A stretch of DNA of 64,000 bases, taken from Candidatus Caldarchaeum sp. Its GTDB lineage: Archaea > Thermoproteota > Nitrososphaeria_A > Caldarchaeales > Caldarchaeaceae. Shown here piece by piece: positions 1 to 9,218 of the stretch. The position numbers were made by a program, and so were the translations under genes. The DNA lies in NCBI GenBank assembly GCA_038890155.1, contig JAWAFZ010000002.1, positions 10,774-74,773 on the forward strand, read 5' to 3'. Position 1 is the first letter of the stretch, and the number at the start of each line of letters is the position of its first letter. Below the pieces are notes generated by a model. The model saw nothing but the letters and a program-made list of their open reading frames with translations. It searched no databases and was not told the DNA's origin.

Positions 1-306
1 CTCGAGATCGCAAGAGCCTTGATGACCGGGCCTAAACTTCTTATGCTCGACGAGCCCTCCGCAGGCTTATCACCTCTGATGGTCAAGCAGGTGTACAGAC
101 ACATAGAGGATTTGCGCAGCAAGTCTATAACAATCTTACTCGTCGACCAAAACATCCAGCAGTGTGTTTCGGTGGCGGACTATGTCTACGTCCTCGAGCT
201 GGGCGAAATCCGTGGAGGCGGTAAGAAGTCGGAGCTATCGGAGTCTCTATCAGACCTCATCAAGACCTGGCTTCATCTCGAGCAGGGGAAAGAGGTGAAG
301 AGTTAG
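1..306 (+). CDS. ABC transporter ATP-binding protein, branched-chain amino acid type (LivF-like); 3' fragment entering from the left edge
   Basis: Frame 1 is open from nt 1. Translation LEIARALMTGPKLLMLDEPSAGLSP... shows the Walker B/D-loop (LLMLDEPSAGL) and H-loop region (ILLVDQN). Two Liv-type permease genes follow. Confidence 0.85.
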   Translation, partial: LEIARALMTGPKLLMLDEPSAGLSPLMVKQVYRHIEDLRSKSITILLVDQNIQQCVSVADYVYVLELGEIRGGGKKSELSESLSDLIKTWLHLEQGKEVKS

Positions 307-1193
307 TGGTTTTCACGGCTGAGGTTTTGTTCGGGCAGCTGATGGTCGGCGCCATACTCCTCGGGGGTGTATACGCACTGGTGACGATGGGGCTGGCTTT
401 GATATTCGGGGTGATGCGGATCCTAAACATAGCCCACGGCGAGTTCATAATCTTCGGCGCTTACGCAACATACTGGGTCTCGAAACTGCTAGGCTTGGAC
501 CCATTCATATCGATAGCGTTAGCCATCCCAGCCTCAGCCGTCCTAGGGTTTCTGGTCAACACGTTGATGATTAGGGGCTTGACGAAGAGCTTCGACGCCC
601 CCATCGTCTCCAGCTTCGGGCTGTTGCTCATCATGCAGGCGAGCATGCTGATCGCTTGGACGGGCGACCCAAGGAGCCTCGTCACCCCTTTCACGGCAGA
701 AAGCATAGCCGTGGGACCGTTGCTCGTCCCGGTCATAAGGTTGATAGCCTTCACTTTGTCGGTCTCCGTGCTGACAGCCCTGTATCTCTTCCTCACGAGG
801 ACTTTCGTCGGTAGAGCCATAAGAGCTATTGCACAGGACAGCGAGACCGCGGCCACGCTGGGTATTCCAGTCCAACGACTACAGTCGTTCACCTTCATCC
901 TGAGCACTTGCTTGGCAGGCCTTTCGGGAGGCTTGATAGCCATGCTTCTAAGCTTCCAGCCCACCTTCGGCCCCGAGTTCCTGCTCAAATCTTTCGTCGT
1001 GCTGGCTCTCTCAGGCGTGGGCAACATACCGGGAGTGATAGCTGGAGGGCTGATCCTTGGAATCGGGGAGTCTTACGGCTCGTTTTTCCTAGGGTCCGGG
1101 CTGAGGAACGTTGTGGCATATGCCCTGCTGATAGTTTTGCTTCTTTTTAGGCCTCGTGGACTTTTCGGAGAGAAGCAGGTGAGAGAGGTATGA
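306..1193 (+). CDS. Branched-chain amino acid ABC transporter permease (LivH-like)
   Basis: 295 aa multi-pass membrane protein. The N-terminus GQLMVGAILLGGVYALVTMGLALIFGVMRILNIAHGEF is typical of LivH. The GTG start overlaps the upstream stop by 1 nt. Confidence 0.85.
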   Translation: MVFTAEVLFGQLMVGAILLGGVYALVTMGLALIFGVMRILNIAHGEFIIFGAYATYWVSKLLGLDPFISIALAIPASAVLGFLVNTLMIRGLTKSFDAPIVSSFGLLLIMQASMLIAWTGDPRSLVTPFTAESIAVGPLLVPVIRLIAFTLSVSVLTALYLFLTRTFVGRAIRAIAQDSETAATLGIPVQRLQSFTFILSTCLAGLSGGLIAMLLSFQPTFGPEFLLKSFVVLALSGVGNIPGVIAGGLILGIGESYGSFFLGSGLRNVVAYALLIVLLLFRPRGLFGEKQVREV

Positions 1194-2107
1194 AGTTGGG
1201 ATTTGCTCTGGCTGCTGCTGGCATGGTGGTCCTGCTATCAATACCTACCATGGCTGCTGAAAACAACTTCATCATAACCCTAGCATTCATCTTCTCAGCC
1301 TACACAACGCTGGCGCTGGCGTGGAACATAGTAGGGGGCTTCGCAGGGCAGCTGAACCTTGGCCATGCAGCCTTCTTCGGCGTAGGGGCCTATGTTTTAT
1401 CCTTGTTTTCGACCGCCGGAATGCATCCCTACTTAGGCGTGCTGGGCGGTGGAGCTGCAGCAGTCGGGTTAGCTTTGTTGATGTCGCCTCTACTCAGGCT
1501 GCGTGGGGATTATTTCGCCATAGGCACGCTCAGCCTAGCTGAAGCCATCAAGATAGCGATCCTAAACGTACACGCATACGGCATGAGGGTTGCGCCGTAT
1601 CCAGGATTGGGCCGCATAGAGAACTACTACTTTCTCTCAGGGCTTTTGATCGCCGCATCCCTCACAACATACTTCATCCTAAGGTCGAGGCTCAAGCTAG
1701 CTCTCGTCTCGATCAGGGAGAACGAAGTTCTCGCCGCGGGGAGCGGGGTGAATCCTCTGAAGTACAAGGTCCTAGCCCTTGTCGTGAGTGGGTTGTTCGC
1801 CGGCTTGACGGGTGGAATATACGGCTACAACCTTCTATACGTTCCAGCGGAGCATGTCTTCTCGATAGAGTGGACGATAATCCCCCTCTTCATGGTTTTG
1901 ATCGGCGGCCGAGGAACGTTGACCGGCCCCCTGATAGGAGCCGTGCTCTACCTAGGCATCTACTACCTTCTCCAGTTCACGATAACGGAGATAAGCCTGC
2001 TTGTCTTCGGGCTGACAGTGGTGCTGATTATAAAATTCATGCCTCAGGGACTGGTTGAGACGGTTTTAATAAATAGGGTTGGGGTGAAGAGAGCCAGCAT
2101 TCCTTAA
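1190..2107 (+). CDS. Branched-chain amino acid ABC transporter permease (LivM-like)
   Basis: 305 aa hydrophobic protein with the LivM-like motif NIVGGFAGQLNLGHAAFFGVGAY. It has a 4-nt ATGA overlap with the livH-like gene. Confidence 0.85.
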   Translation: MKLGFALAAAGMVVLLSIPTMAAENNFIITLAFIFSAYTTLALAWNIVGGFAGQLNLGHAAFFGVGAYVLSLFSTAGMHPYLGVLGGGAAAVGLALLMSPLLRLRGDYFAIGTLSLAEAIKIAILNVHAYGMRVAPYPGLGRIENYYFLSGLLIAASLTTYFILRSRLKLALVSIRENEVLAAGSGVNPLKYKVLALVVSGLFAGLTGGIYGYNLLYVPAEHVFSIEWTIIPLFMVLIGGRGTLTGPLIGAVLYLGIYYLLQFTITEISLLVFGLTVVLIIKFMPQGLVETVLINRVGVKRASIP

Positions 2108-3480
2108 CGGGATTCCCAAGCCGGGAAGGGATATATCGGCGTAGTCGTAGCCTTGTCGGACGGCCATATTATCTCCAGCTTTCCGCCACGCCACTGCAAA
2201 AGCAGAATCAGCTTGTCGGTGTTGTTCATCTTGCCTCCGGGCCCGAAGCTAACGGTCCCCATCATGGTTTGGAACTGTAGGCTTGCGAGAGCTTCTCTTA
2301 TTCTCTCCCTGTCGAACACGCCGGCCCACTCCAAAGCCTTGACCGCGATCTGGCCCGTCGAGTAATGGATGCCCAGCAAGGTCGGAGGCCTGTTAGTCTC
2401 TTGACGATACTTCCGAACCAAGTCTGCAGCACCCGGAAGCGATTCATGCCATACAAAGGCGGCCGTCACGTACTCTGCGTCGGCTCCAAGCTGTGATCCG
2501 AACGTTCCCGTAGCCGTCCCCCTAGTGAAGGCCCAGATCTTTGGAGAAAACCTGAGCTCCTTGGCTATCTTGATCATGTTGATGGCGTCCGGCGGTCCTG
2601 GAATGGCACCCACCACGTCCGGGTTGAGCGCCTTTGTCTTCGTCACTAGAGCAGTCAGGTCGGATCCTGGGGTATACTTCTCACGCAGAACAATCTCATA
2701 CCCGTACTGTCTGGCGTAGTTTTCAAACCATGTTGCGTTGTCGGCGCCGAGGTCTGAAGCTTCCTCCCAGACAGCTATGGTTCGAGGCCTCTGGCCGGGT
2801 GGCAGGCTGTTGAAGTAGTTGAAGTATACGCCTACCTCGTCCCTTGCGAGGTGGAAATTCGAGAACAGATACCTGTACGTAGGGGGAATGAATATCTTCT
2901 CGGTCGTGGCCAGCACGCCGACTATCGGGGTTTTCGCCTGTTCGACCACAGGGGCGAGAGCTAGGCCGATGTGGCTTCCCGTCTCGCCGATGAGCAGGTC
3001 GACCTTGTCGACGTTGATCAGCTTCTCGATGTTTGCTAAAACCGTTGGAATCTCGCTCTTCGAGTCGTAGACGATGAACTCTATCGGGAGTTTACGGTCA
3101 TATCCCATGAGGTAGACGCCTCCGTCAGCGTTCACCTGTTTGAAAACTTCCTCGAGAGCCCATTTCTGCTCCGTCCCGAAGCCCGCCAAGCCGCCTGTCA
3201 AGCTTATCGAAGCACCAATTAAGATCCTATCGCGTGGAGGAGACCTAGCGCCTGTAACAGTTCTAGTCACGGTCTGCATCGCTGTCACGGTCTGGGCCCC
3301 GCCCGCAACTGTTCGTGTGACTGTCTCGACCCGGGTTCCTGAAGAGGAGCCGAGGAAATATCCTCCAACGCCAGCCACGACGCCGACTCCGACGATTGCT
3401 CCAGCGGCTAAGGTGTTGGTTATCGCTTGACGTCGAGTAATGGGTTTTTCTTTATTCATGCAGGTTTCAAGGTACATCAA
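2104..3480 (-). CDS. ABC transporter substrate-binding protein (type 1 periplasmic-binding fold, Liv-like), membrane anchored
   Basis: 458 aa with an N-terminal TM helix. A Thr/Val-rich linker (TVTRTV repeats) precedes a Leu/Ile/Val-binding-protein-like domain. It converges on the permease genes. Confidence 0.8.
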   Translation of the reverse strand: MMYLETCMNKEKPITRRQAITNTLAAGAIVGVGVVAGVGGYFLGSSSGTRVETVTRTVAGGAQTVTAMQTVTRTVTGARSPPRDRILIGASISLTGGLAGFGTEQKWALEEVFKQVNADGGVYLMGYDRKLPIEFIVYDSKSEIPTVLANIEKLINVDKVDLLIGETGSHIGLALAPVVEQAKTPIVGVLATTEKIFIPPTYRYLFSNFHLARDEVGVYFNYFNSLPPGQRPRTIAVWEEASDLGADNATWFENYARQYGYEIVLREKYTPGSDLTALVTKTKALNPDVVGAIPGPPDAINMIKIAKELRFSPKIWAFTRGTATGTFGSQLGADAEYVTAAFVWHESLPGAADLVRKYRQETNRPPTLLGIHYSTGQIAVKALEWAGVFDRERIREALASLQFQTMMGTVSFGPGGKMNNTDKLILLLQWRGGKLEIIWPSDKATTTPIYPFPAWESR

Positions 3481-3517
3481 AAACTTATAAGCTTTATCCG
3501 TAATCGGGCCACACAGT

Positions 3518-5770
3518 TCACTGACTCAGCTCAACAACACGTGTCGGCTCGCCGGTGTTTCGGCTGAATTTGTAGACATGCGCGTCTGTGCCCGTGAAGA
3601 GCTCTTCGTCGTGTGTTATTACTAGTACTTGGTTTATTGTTTGGGCTAGTGATGTGAAGAGATGGGATAGTCTTGACCTGTTCTCGGGGTCCAGATGCAC
3701 TGTCGGCTCGTCGAGGATGAAGATGCCAAGCCGTTCCGCCCCCAAGACATCGCCTATTGCGAGACGCAAAGCCAGCGCCACACCAACACGTTCACCCCCA
3801 CTCAACGAATCAACAGAAACCTCACGCCCGTGCGAAAAACATTCAACCACGACGTCCCCATTCTCCTCGACAACAGCTATGTCGTCCACCAGTAAGTTGA
3901 GAATCTCGACGTAGCGAGAAACCGCTTGAGAGACCTTCTTGACCGCCCAAGACCTGAGAGAACGCGGGACGTAGCCGTCTCTGCTGTAGACTTCCCTCCT
4001 GACGAGCTCAAGAAGCTCGTAGAATTTCACAGCCCGAATCAGCTTAGAGTGTATCTCCTGAAGAGTTTTCAGCTGATCCCAAACATTCTCAAGGTTTCTT
4101 TGCTCCTCGGCTATCCGGCCTCTGAGCATACCCGCCTCCCTCCTGACCTCGTTAAGCTCTTTCTCCAGTTCCTCAACAGTCCCGCTGTCTACTGCCGCCG
4201 CCTTGTCATAGTTAGATCTAATGAATTCAAACCATTCAGCCTCACGCCCCCCAAGCCTCGACAACGGCTCTAGCCCCCGAACATCTATTTCATGCAGCTT
4301 CTTCGTCTTCATCCCCTCAACCAGCCCGCTCAAATCTCTGCATGTTTGCTTAAGGTCCTCCAGCATCCGTTTGTCTGAGATACGTCTATTCTCCAGCCAT
4401 AGTTTGGCTCTCCCTAGTCTTTCCCTAAACTTATCCACAGTAGTGCCGTCAAACGTCTTGAGTTCTTCAAGCCTCTCGTCTACCCCTGTTGATTCTCTCC
4501 TCTTGGCCTCAAGCTCCTCTTTCAACCTAGCTATCAACTCCCGCAGCTCCTGCACCATGCAGCCTACGCCGTTGGCGCGGCCGACCTCATGGGCCTCAAC
4601 AACCAACTCCGGCAGGCTCCGAGACTCAGCCTTCACTACATCAGTCAGCCTACCAGCCTCTTCAACCAGTCCACGGCCGGCGGCTTCCAAGGCTTTTTCA
4701 GCCGCATCGATAATCCTAGCGCCAACCTCAACGGCTCTGTTTCGAACCTGCTCCAAGCCCGTGGCCTGCACGCTGAGCGCTGCATTCTTGTTGAGTGCCT
4801 CAAGCCTTTTTTCCTCCTCCTTCAGCCGCTTTCGAAGAGCCTCAACATCCCTGTCAATAACCGTCTTCCTCTCTCGGACTTCGTCCAGTTCCTTCTCGAC
4901 CTTCCTGAACTCGGCCTCCCTCTCCACAACAGAAATATTTTCCTCCGCCTCGACGATGTCCCTCGCCATGTCCTTGATCCATGTCTCGGCCGAGTTTAAC
5001 AGGTTCCTGAGGGCTGTTTCGGTCCTCACACGCGTTTCGAACAAGCTCCTGAGACGCTGAGCCTTTTCCTCGAGCTTCTTCTCACGCTCCGTGATGGCCT
5101 GCAACAGGCTCGTGTCTTTGTCCAACTCTTCGGCAATCCTCTTCTGTTCCTCCTCCAGCTGTTTTAGCCGTTCCTCTAGATTTCCTGCGTCGGAGACGGA
5201 GAACTCGAGCTCCTTCCTAACCCTTTCGTCAAACATTTCGATGATTTTCTTCATGTTGTTGTACGCCGCTTCCGACCCTATTCCTATAAGGTCGTCGAAC
5301 AAGTTTTTCAGCTCCCTAGGCTTCATCGAGATTATTCTGTCAAGCTCTCCCTGTTGGACGACGACGCATGACTTCAGCTTTTCATAATCCAGTCCAAACA
5401 AGTTGGCGATGTACTCTGCCACGCCCTGCTTTCTCCTCTCGCCGACGATTACGGGCTTGCCGTCTTTTGTGACCTCGGCGTGCTCGAGCCCTCCATCCTT
5501 CCCGAAGGCCCTAGAGACTGTATACCGGCTTCCGTTGTAGAAGAGCTCAACCTGAACCTTGCCCCCCCATCCATACAGATTATTCACGACGTTCCGCACC
5601 TCTCCACGGCTTTGTCTCCCGTAGAGACAGTACAGCAGGGCGTCTACGACAGAGCTCTTGCCCGCACCATTACGTCCTATGAAGACGTTGAGCCCTCTCC
5701 TCAGCTCAAGCGACGTCTCCCTGTGCGACATGAAGTTCCTAATCTCAATTCGCTCTATCAACAACTTCAC
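3518..5770 (-). CDS. rad50: DNA double-strand break repair ATPase Rad50
   Basis: Walker A GRNGAGKSS, Q-loop VVVQQGELD, long E/K/L/R coiled coil, signature SLSGGERV, Walker B IFILDEPTVHLD, H-loop VITHDEE. The maximal ORF runs to 5872. I place the start at GTG 5770 (VKLLIERIEIRNF), the usual Rad50 N-terminus, overlapping the mre11 stop. Confidence 0.9.
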   Translation of the reverse strand: MKLLIERIEIRNFMSHRETSLELRRGLNVFIGRNGAGKSSVVDALLYCLYGRQSRGEVRNVVNNLYGWGGKVQVELFYNGSRYTVSRAFGKDGGLEHAEVTKDGKPVIVGERRKQGVAEYIANLFGLDYEKLKSCVVVQQGELDRIISMKPRELKNLFDDLIGIGSEAAYNNMKKIIEMFDERVRKELEFSVSDAGNLEERLKQLEEEQKRIAEELDKDTSLLQAITEREKKLEEKAQRLRSLFETRVRTETALRNLLNSAETWIKDMARDIVEAEENISVVEREAEFRKVEKELDEVRERKTVIDRDVEALRKRLKEEEKRLEALNKNAALSVQATGLEQVRNRAVEVGARIIDAAEKALEAAGRGLVEEAGRLTDVVKAESRSLPELVVEAHEVGRANGVGCMVQELRELIARLKEELEAKRRESTGVDERLEELKTFDGTTVDKFRERLGRAKLWLENRRISDKRMLEDLKQTCRDLSGLVEGMKTKKLHEIDVRGLEPLSRLGGREAEWFEFIRSNYDKAAAVDSGTVEELEKELNEVRREAGMLRGRIAEEQRNLENVWDQLKTLQEIHSKLIRAVKFYELLELVRREVYSRDGYVPRSLRSWAVKKVSQAVSRYVEILNLLVDDIAVVEENGDVVVECFSHGREVSVDSLSGGERVGVALALRLAIGDVLGAERLGIFILDEPTVHLDPENRSRLSHLFTSLAQTINQVLVITHDEELFTGTDAHVYKFSRNTGEPTRVVELSQ

Positions 5771-6878
5771 ACCTCTCACTATAATGTTTCCATACAAGCT
5801 CGAAAGCATGCTTGACAGCTCCCTCAACAAGCAATCGCCTAAACTCGCCTGTGAAGAAGACGGCGTCAACATCGTCCTTTATGACCTCGGAAGCCAGCTT
5901 CACCAACTCTCTTTCTATGTTCGGCGGCTCATCGTAAACCAAGCCGTTGCCTCCCCTGACAACCTGCATGATTCTTCCGCCGTGCAGCAAGTACTTCTCC
6001 GAAAGCTCCTCCTCCAGCTTCCGCATGTTCTTGCGCTCGGTTGTGCGGACCATGAGTGAGAGGAGTGGTTTTTTCACGTGGTTTTCGGACAATAGCTGTG
6101 AAACCATCATCCCCACGTCTTCTTCATCCACCTGCCTGACGATCTTCGGCCTTACATTGCTCAGCCTCACCCATTCAAGCTCCGGCTCCCTTCCAGAAAG
6201 GTCGACAAGGTAGAACCCGCACTCGTCTGGGTCGTCTATTTTAGTCCAGTGCAGGGCGCCAGGGTATGCTAGAAGGCCTCTGCCTTTTACTCGTCTGGAG
6301 GGGTTGTGGATGTGCCCCATCGCATAATAGTCGAATTCGTCGGGAATCACCGCTAAGGACAAATCTCCAGCCGGGCCGTGAAGCTCGTGGAGCCCTTGAT
6401 GGAGGATTAGAATTTTCCTCCTCGAGCCGGTGTTTCGTGCTTCGGCCGCTATCTTCTCGAGCTTATCCTCGAGCTTTCTCGTGAATGCTTTGTGATGCCT
6501 CATCAAGCCGAACACGCTTATTTGTTCATCGCCGTGTCTCCTTCCGTCGCCAACGTACTCTGCGAGTCCGAGAACGGAGTCGAGCAGGAGCGGGTTGGGC
6601 GTCCCCGGGTAGCTGGCTATGTCGTGTTCGCCCAAAGTGAAGTAGGTTTTTACACCGCTTTGGGAAAGTCGGCCGAGCTCCGCCAGTAAAACCTTCAGCG
6701 GCGTCCCGTACACGAGTGGTTTGTTCAGTATGTCGCCCGAGTGGACAACAACACGGACGTGGTCCTCCAGTATAACATCCACCGCTTCTCTGAAGGACTC
6801 GTAATGGTCTCTCTCCCTCTCCTCATCCTCACCCATGTACCTGCCAAGATGTGTGTCAGAAAGGTGGGCGATGATCAT
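5745..6878 (-). CDS. mre11: DNA double-strand break repair nuclease Mre11
   Basis: Calcineurin-type phosphoesterase motifs: IAHLSDTHLG, VVHSGDILN, LGEHD, ILILHQG, AMGHIHNP. Confidence 0.9.
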   Translation of the reverse strand: MIIAHLSDTHLGRYMGEDEERERDHYESFREAVDVILEDHVRVVVHSGDILNKPLVYGTPLKVLLAELGRLSQSGVKTYFTLGEHDIASYPGTPNPLLLDSVLGLAEYVGDGRRHGDEQISVFGLMRHHKAFTRKLEDKLEKIAAEARNTGSRRKILILHQGLHELHGPAGDLSLAVIPDEFDYYAMGHIHNPSRRVKGRGLLAYPGALHWTKIDDPDECGFYLVDLSGREPELEWVRLSNVRPKIVRQVDEEDVGMMVSQLLSENHVKKPLLSLMVRTTERKNMRKLEEELSEKYLLHGGRIMQVVRGGNGLVYDEPPNIERELVKLASEVIKDDVDAVFFTGEFRRLLVEGAVKHAFELVWKHYSERCEVVDRAN

Positions 6879-8344
6879 GGCCTTATCAAGTCTTCAGGAG
6901 ACGAAAGCGTTGCTTCTCTGTCCTCCAGCCATTGTTTGACGGCGTCGAGGTCTCTGCCGATGAGTTTCTCCTCGACTCTGTCCACCAACACGAGCGTGGT
7001 TGTTTTTACCCACTGTCCTGCCAAGATCATTTCTCCTGTGTTGAGGCAAGGTAGGTTAACGCCTAGCTCTTCTGACACGAAATCTGTGGATTTTGTGATG
7101 AAGGCTTGGTCTTCTGGATGGGTTATTCCAGATATTGCGAAGCTGCCCATCTGGCTGACGACGTCTGGGTCCAGCCTGTTGGGCCTCTGCGACACGATGA
7201 TGAGCCCTACGCCGAACTTCCTCCCCTCTCTAGCAACTCTCGAAACAACATCTGCGCATTCGCTGCCGCCCTTGTCGGCTGGGATGAAGACATGAGCCTC
7301 CTCCACAGCGACCAGCACGGGCGAGGTGAATTTAGCGTCGTAGCCTAAAACAGCGTTCTTGCGGTCGTTAAGTATCTCCATCAGAAAGTGGCGTAGAAGT
7401 ATCTGGGCCTGTTTCTCCGTGAACTCGGAGAGGTCCACCACGTTTATTCTGTTCCTCTTAAGCGACTCGAGCACGGTTCTGCTTTTTTCATCGAATATTC
7501 GGCCCTTTATGGTGAGGGCTCGTTCTATTATTTCAAGCAGTCTGGATGCAGTTTGGGCTCTGTTTGAATCGCTGTTGTCGTCGTTCGCTATGTCGCTGAG
7601 CCTGTTTCTCAAATCCTCCCAGAAGTTTTCCCTTGTCCGAGAGTCTCTGAACACGTTCGAGAGGATGCTTCTCTGTTTCTCAGCGCTTGAGCGGATGTCG
7701 AGAAGGTCGGCTAATTCCTCTGAGTCTAGGTTTCTGGGGTTGATGCGTGGAGCGACGTAGTGTGTTTTCCTGCTTTTCATCTGGCTGTACTCGGCGTGGT
7801 AGTCGAAGATGACCATGGTGCCGTTTTTCTCGGCGGTCCTCCTAGCTATGAGGGCGAGAAGGTTTGACTTGCCCTTACCTGTTGTCGCCAAGATGGCTAG
7901 GTGTCTAGACGCTACTTTGTTCAAGTTCACGGCGACTCCGACGCTCGGCCTCCTCAGCAAACGCCCCACCTCAACCCATTCCTCGCCCTCCATCCTGTAC
8001 ACAGCCCTCAGCAACTTGTCGTCAACCTCGTAGACGTACGAGCCCGGCTCGGGTGGAATGGATGGAGTGGCTGGCATCCAGCCGTCTCGGAACATGCCGA
8101 GAGCCCTTGCTAGGCAGGTGTAGCTTCTGTCCCGTGGGTTGTGTTTTGAGGCTCGCTGGGCTTCTTCGGCCGTGATGAAGTCTCTGACGGTTGACAAGAG
8201 CTTGCTCTCGGTCTCCGAGCGCTCAACCATGTAAAGGACCTGGCCTTCAGCTGCGTCAACCATCACAAACTCCCCCACCTTGACAGGTCTGTTGGACAGG
8301 AACACGACGCGGTCCGGCATCGACCGTCCTACAAGTATCCCCAC
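6875..8344 (-). CDS. herA: HerA bipolar DNA helicase (FtsK/HerA superfamily ATPase)
   Basis: N-terminal barrel region (VGEFVMVDAAEGQVLYMVE), Walker A TTGKGKSN, Walker B LVAVEEAHVFIP. 4-nt overlap with mre11. Confidence 0.9.
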   Translation of the reverse strand: MGILVGRSMPDRVVFLSNRPVKVGEFVMVDAAEGQVLYMVERSETESKLLSTVRDFITAEEAQRASKHNPRDRSYTCLARALGMFRDGWMPATPSIPPEPGSYVYEVDDKLLRAVYRMEGEEWVEVGRLLRRPSVGVAVNLNKVASRHLAILATTGKGKSNLLALIARRTAEKNGTMVIFDYHAEYSQMKSRKTHYVAPRINPRNLDSEELADLLDIRSSAEKQRSILSNVFRDSRTRENFWEDLRNRLSDIANDDNSDSNRAQTASRLLEIIERALTIKGRIFDEKSRTVLESLKRNRINVVDLSEFTEKQAQILLRHFLMEILNDRKNAVLGYDAKFTSPVLVAVEEAHVFIPADKGGSECADVVSRVAREGRKFGVGLIIVSQRPNRLDPDVVSQMGSFAISGITHPEDQAFITKSTDFVSEELGVNLPCLNTGEMILAGQWVKTTTLVLVDRVEEKLIGRDLDAVKQWLEDREATLSSPEDLIRP

Positions 8345-8345
8345 G

Positions 8346-9218
8346 CTACTCAGGGCTCAACACCTCCCTAGCTTGCTCAAAACTAGCAAACCCTGCAGCC
8401 TCGGCAAGCATGACCATCAACTCGTACGAGAAGCCGGCTCCTTGATGAGCTGTCAACAGCTCCGCCGGATATCCCTTGACCGACGTGGTGGACAGAGCAT
8501 CCATCAACCTTTCTATGTCGGAGGCCGAAACGGGCTGGGTGGACTCGAAATGAAGCGCCGGCGTGTTTTTAGCGAGTCGTGCGTAGAAGACCCAGACGTA
8601 GCCGCCCAAGGTCTCCAACTCTCTGGCAGTCGGTAGTGTGTATCCCGTTTCAGAGGTTGATTTGTTGATGTAGTAAACGTCCCCAAGCAGACCTTTAAAC
8701 ATGCTGTTGTCCTGCGAATACTTTGAGACGAAGAAAATTCTTCTGTCCAGAAGTGGTCTGAGGTTTGCCAGATACTCGTTGAACATCTTTAACCCCTTCA
8801 GACGGGATGCTTTTACAGTTCTTGCGAGCAGAGAACCGTCGACAAGTGTGTAATCAAGGTCTGCGGCTGATTCCGCTGCGAGCCTATGTTCGTGAGACTC
8901 GGCTACGGCTTCAACGTATAGTTGGGGGAGAAGTCCCTCAGTTCTGGCGACCAACTCTACTTCAGCAACTGATGGCACTACATCATTACCGCCTCTGTCA
9001 ACGGCAACCGCCTTCAAACCGTAAAGGAAAAACCCATGATACAGTAGCGTATTCCAACCGCTGTCAACAGCAGCCACAGACGACTCTACGGCTCTAGGTT
9101 CGTAAACATTCCACACCGCTTCAGCGTCCTTTAGATAACGCTTGGCATCGTCTCCCTCCAGTATTTCACGGCTTCGTACACCCAGGCCGACCGCCTTACT
9201 GAACAGACTTTCCAGCAA
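8346..9218 (-). CDS. nurA: NurA 5'-3' nuclease
   Basis: NurA-type motifs VAAVDSGWN, TLVDGSLLAR, FFVSKYSQ and VKGYPAELLTAHQ. It lies immediately upstream of herA (1 nt spacer). Confidence 0.8.
   Translation of the reverse strand: MLESLFSKAVGLGVRSREILEGDDAKRYLKDAEAVWNVYEPRAVESSVAAVDSGWNTLLYHGFFLYGLKAVAVDRGGNDVVPSVAEVELVARTEGLLPQLYVEAVAESHEHRLAAESAADLDYTLVDGSLLARTVKASRLKGLKMFNEYLANLRPLLDRRIFFVSKYSQDNSMFKGLLGDVYYINKSTSETGYTLPTARELETLGGYVWVFYARLAKNTPALHFESTQPVSASDIERLMDALSTTSVKGYPAELLTAHQGAGFSYELMVMLAEAAGFASFEQAREVLSPE

Noticed and set aside
4221-5060. 279 aa Ser/Leu-rich ORF on the plus strand, plus several other 100-140 aa ORFs at 3588-5815
   Set aside because: They lie entirely antisense to the Rad50 coiled-coil region. 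Antisense reading of GAG/GAA/AAG/CTC-rich coiled-coil codons naturally gives stop-free Ser/Leu/Phe-rich frames. No motifs and low complexity.
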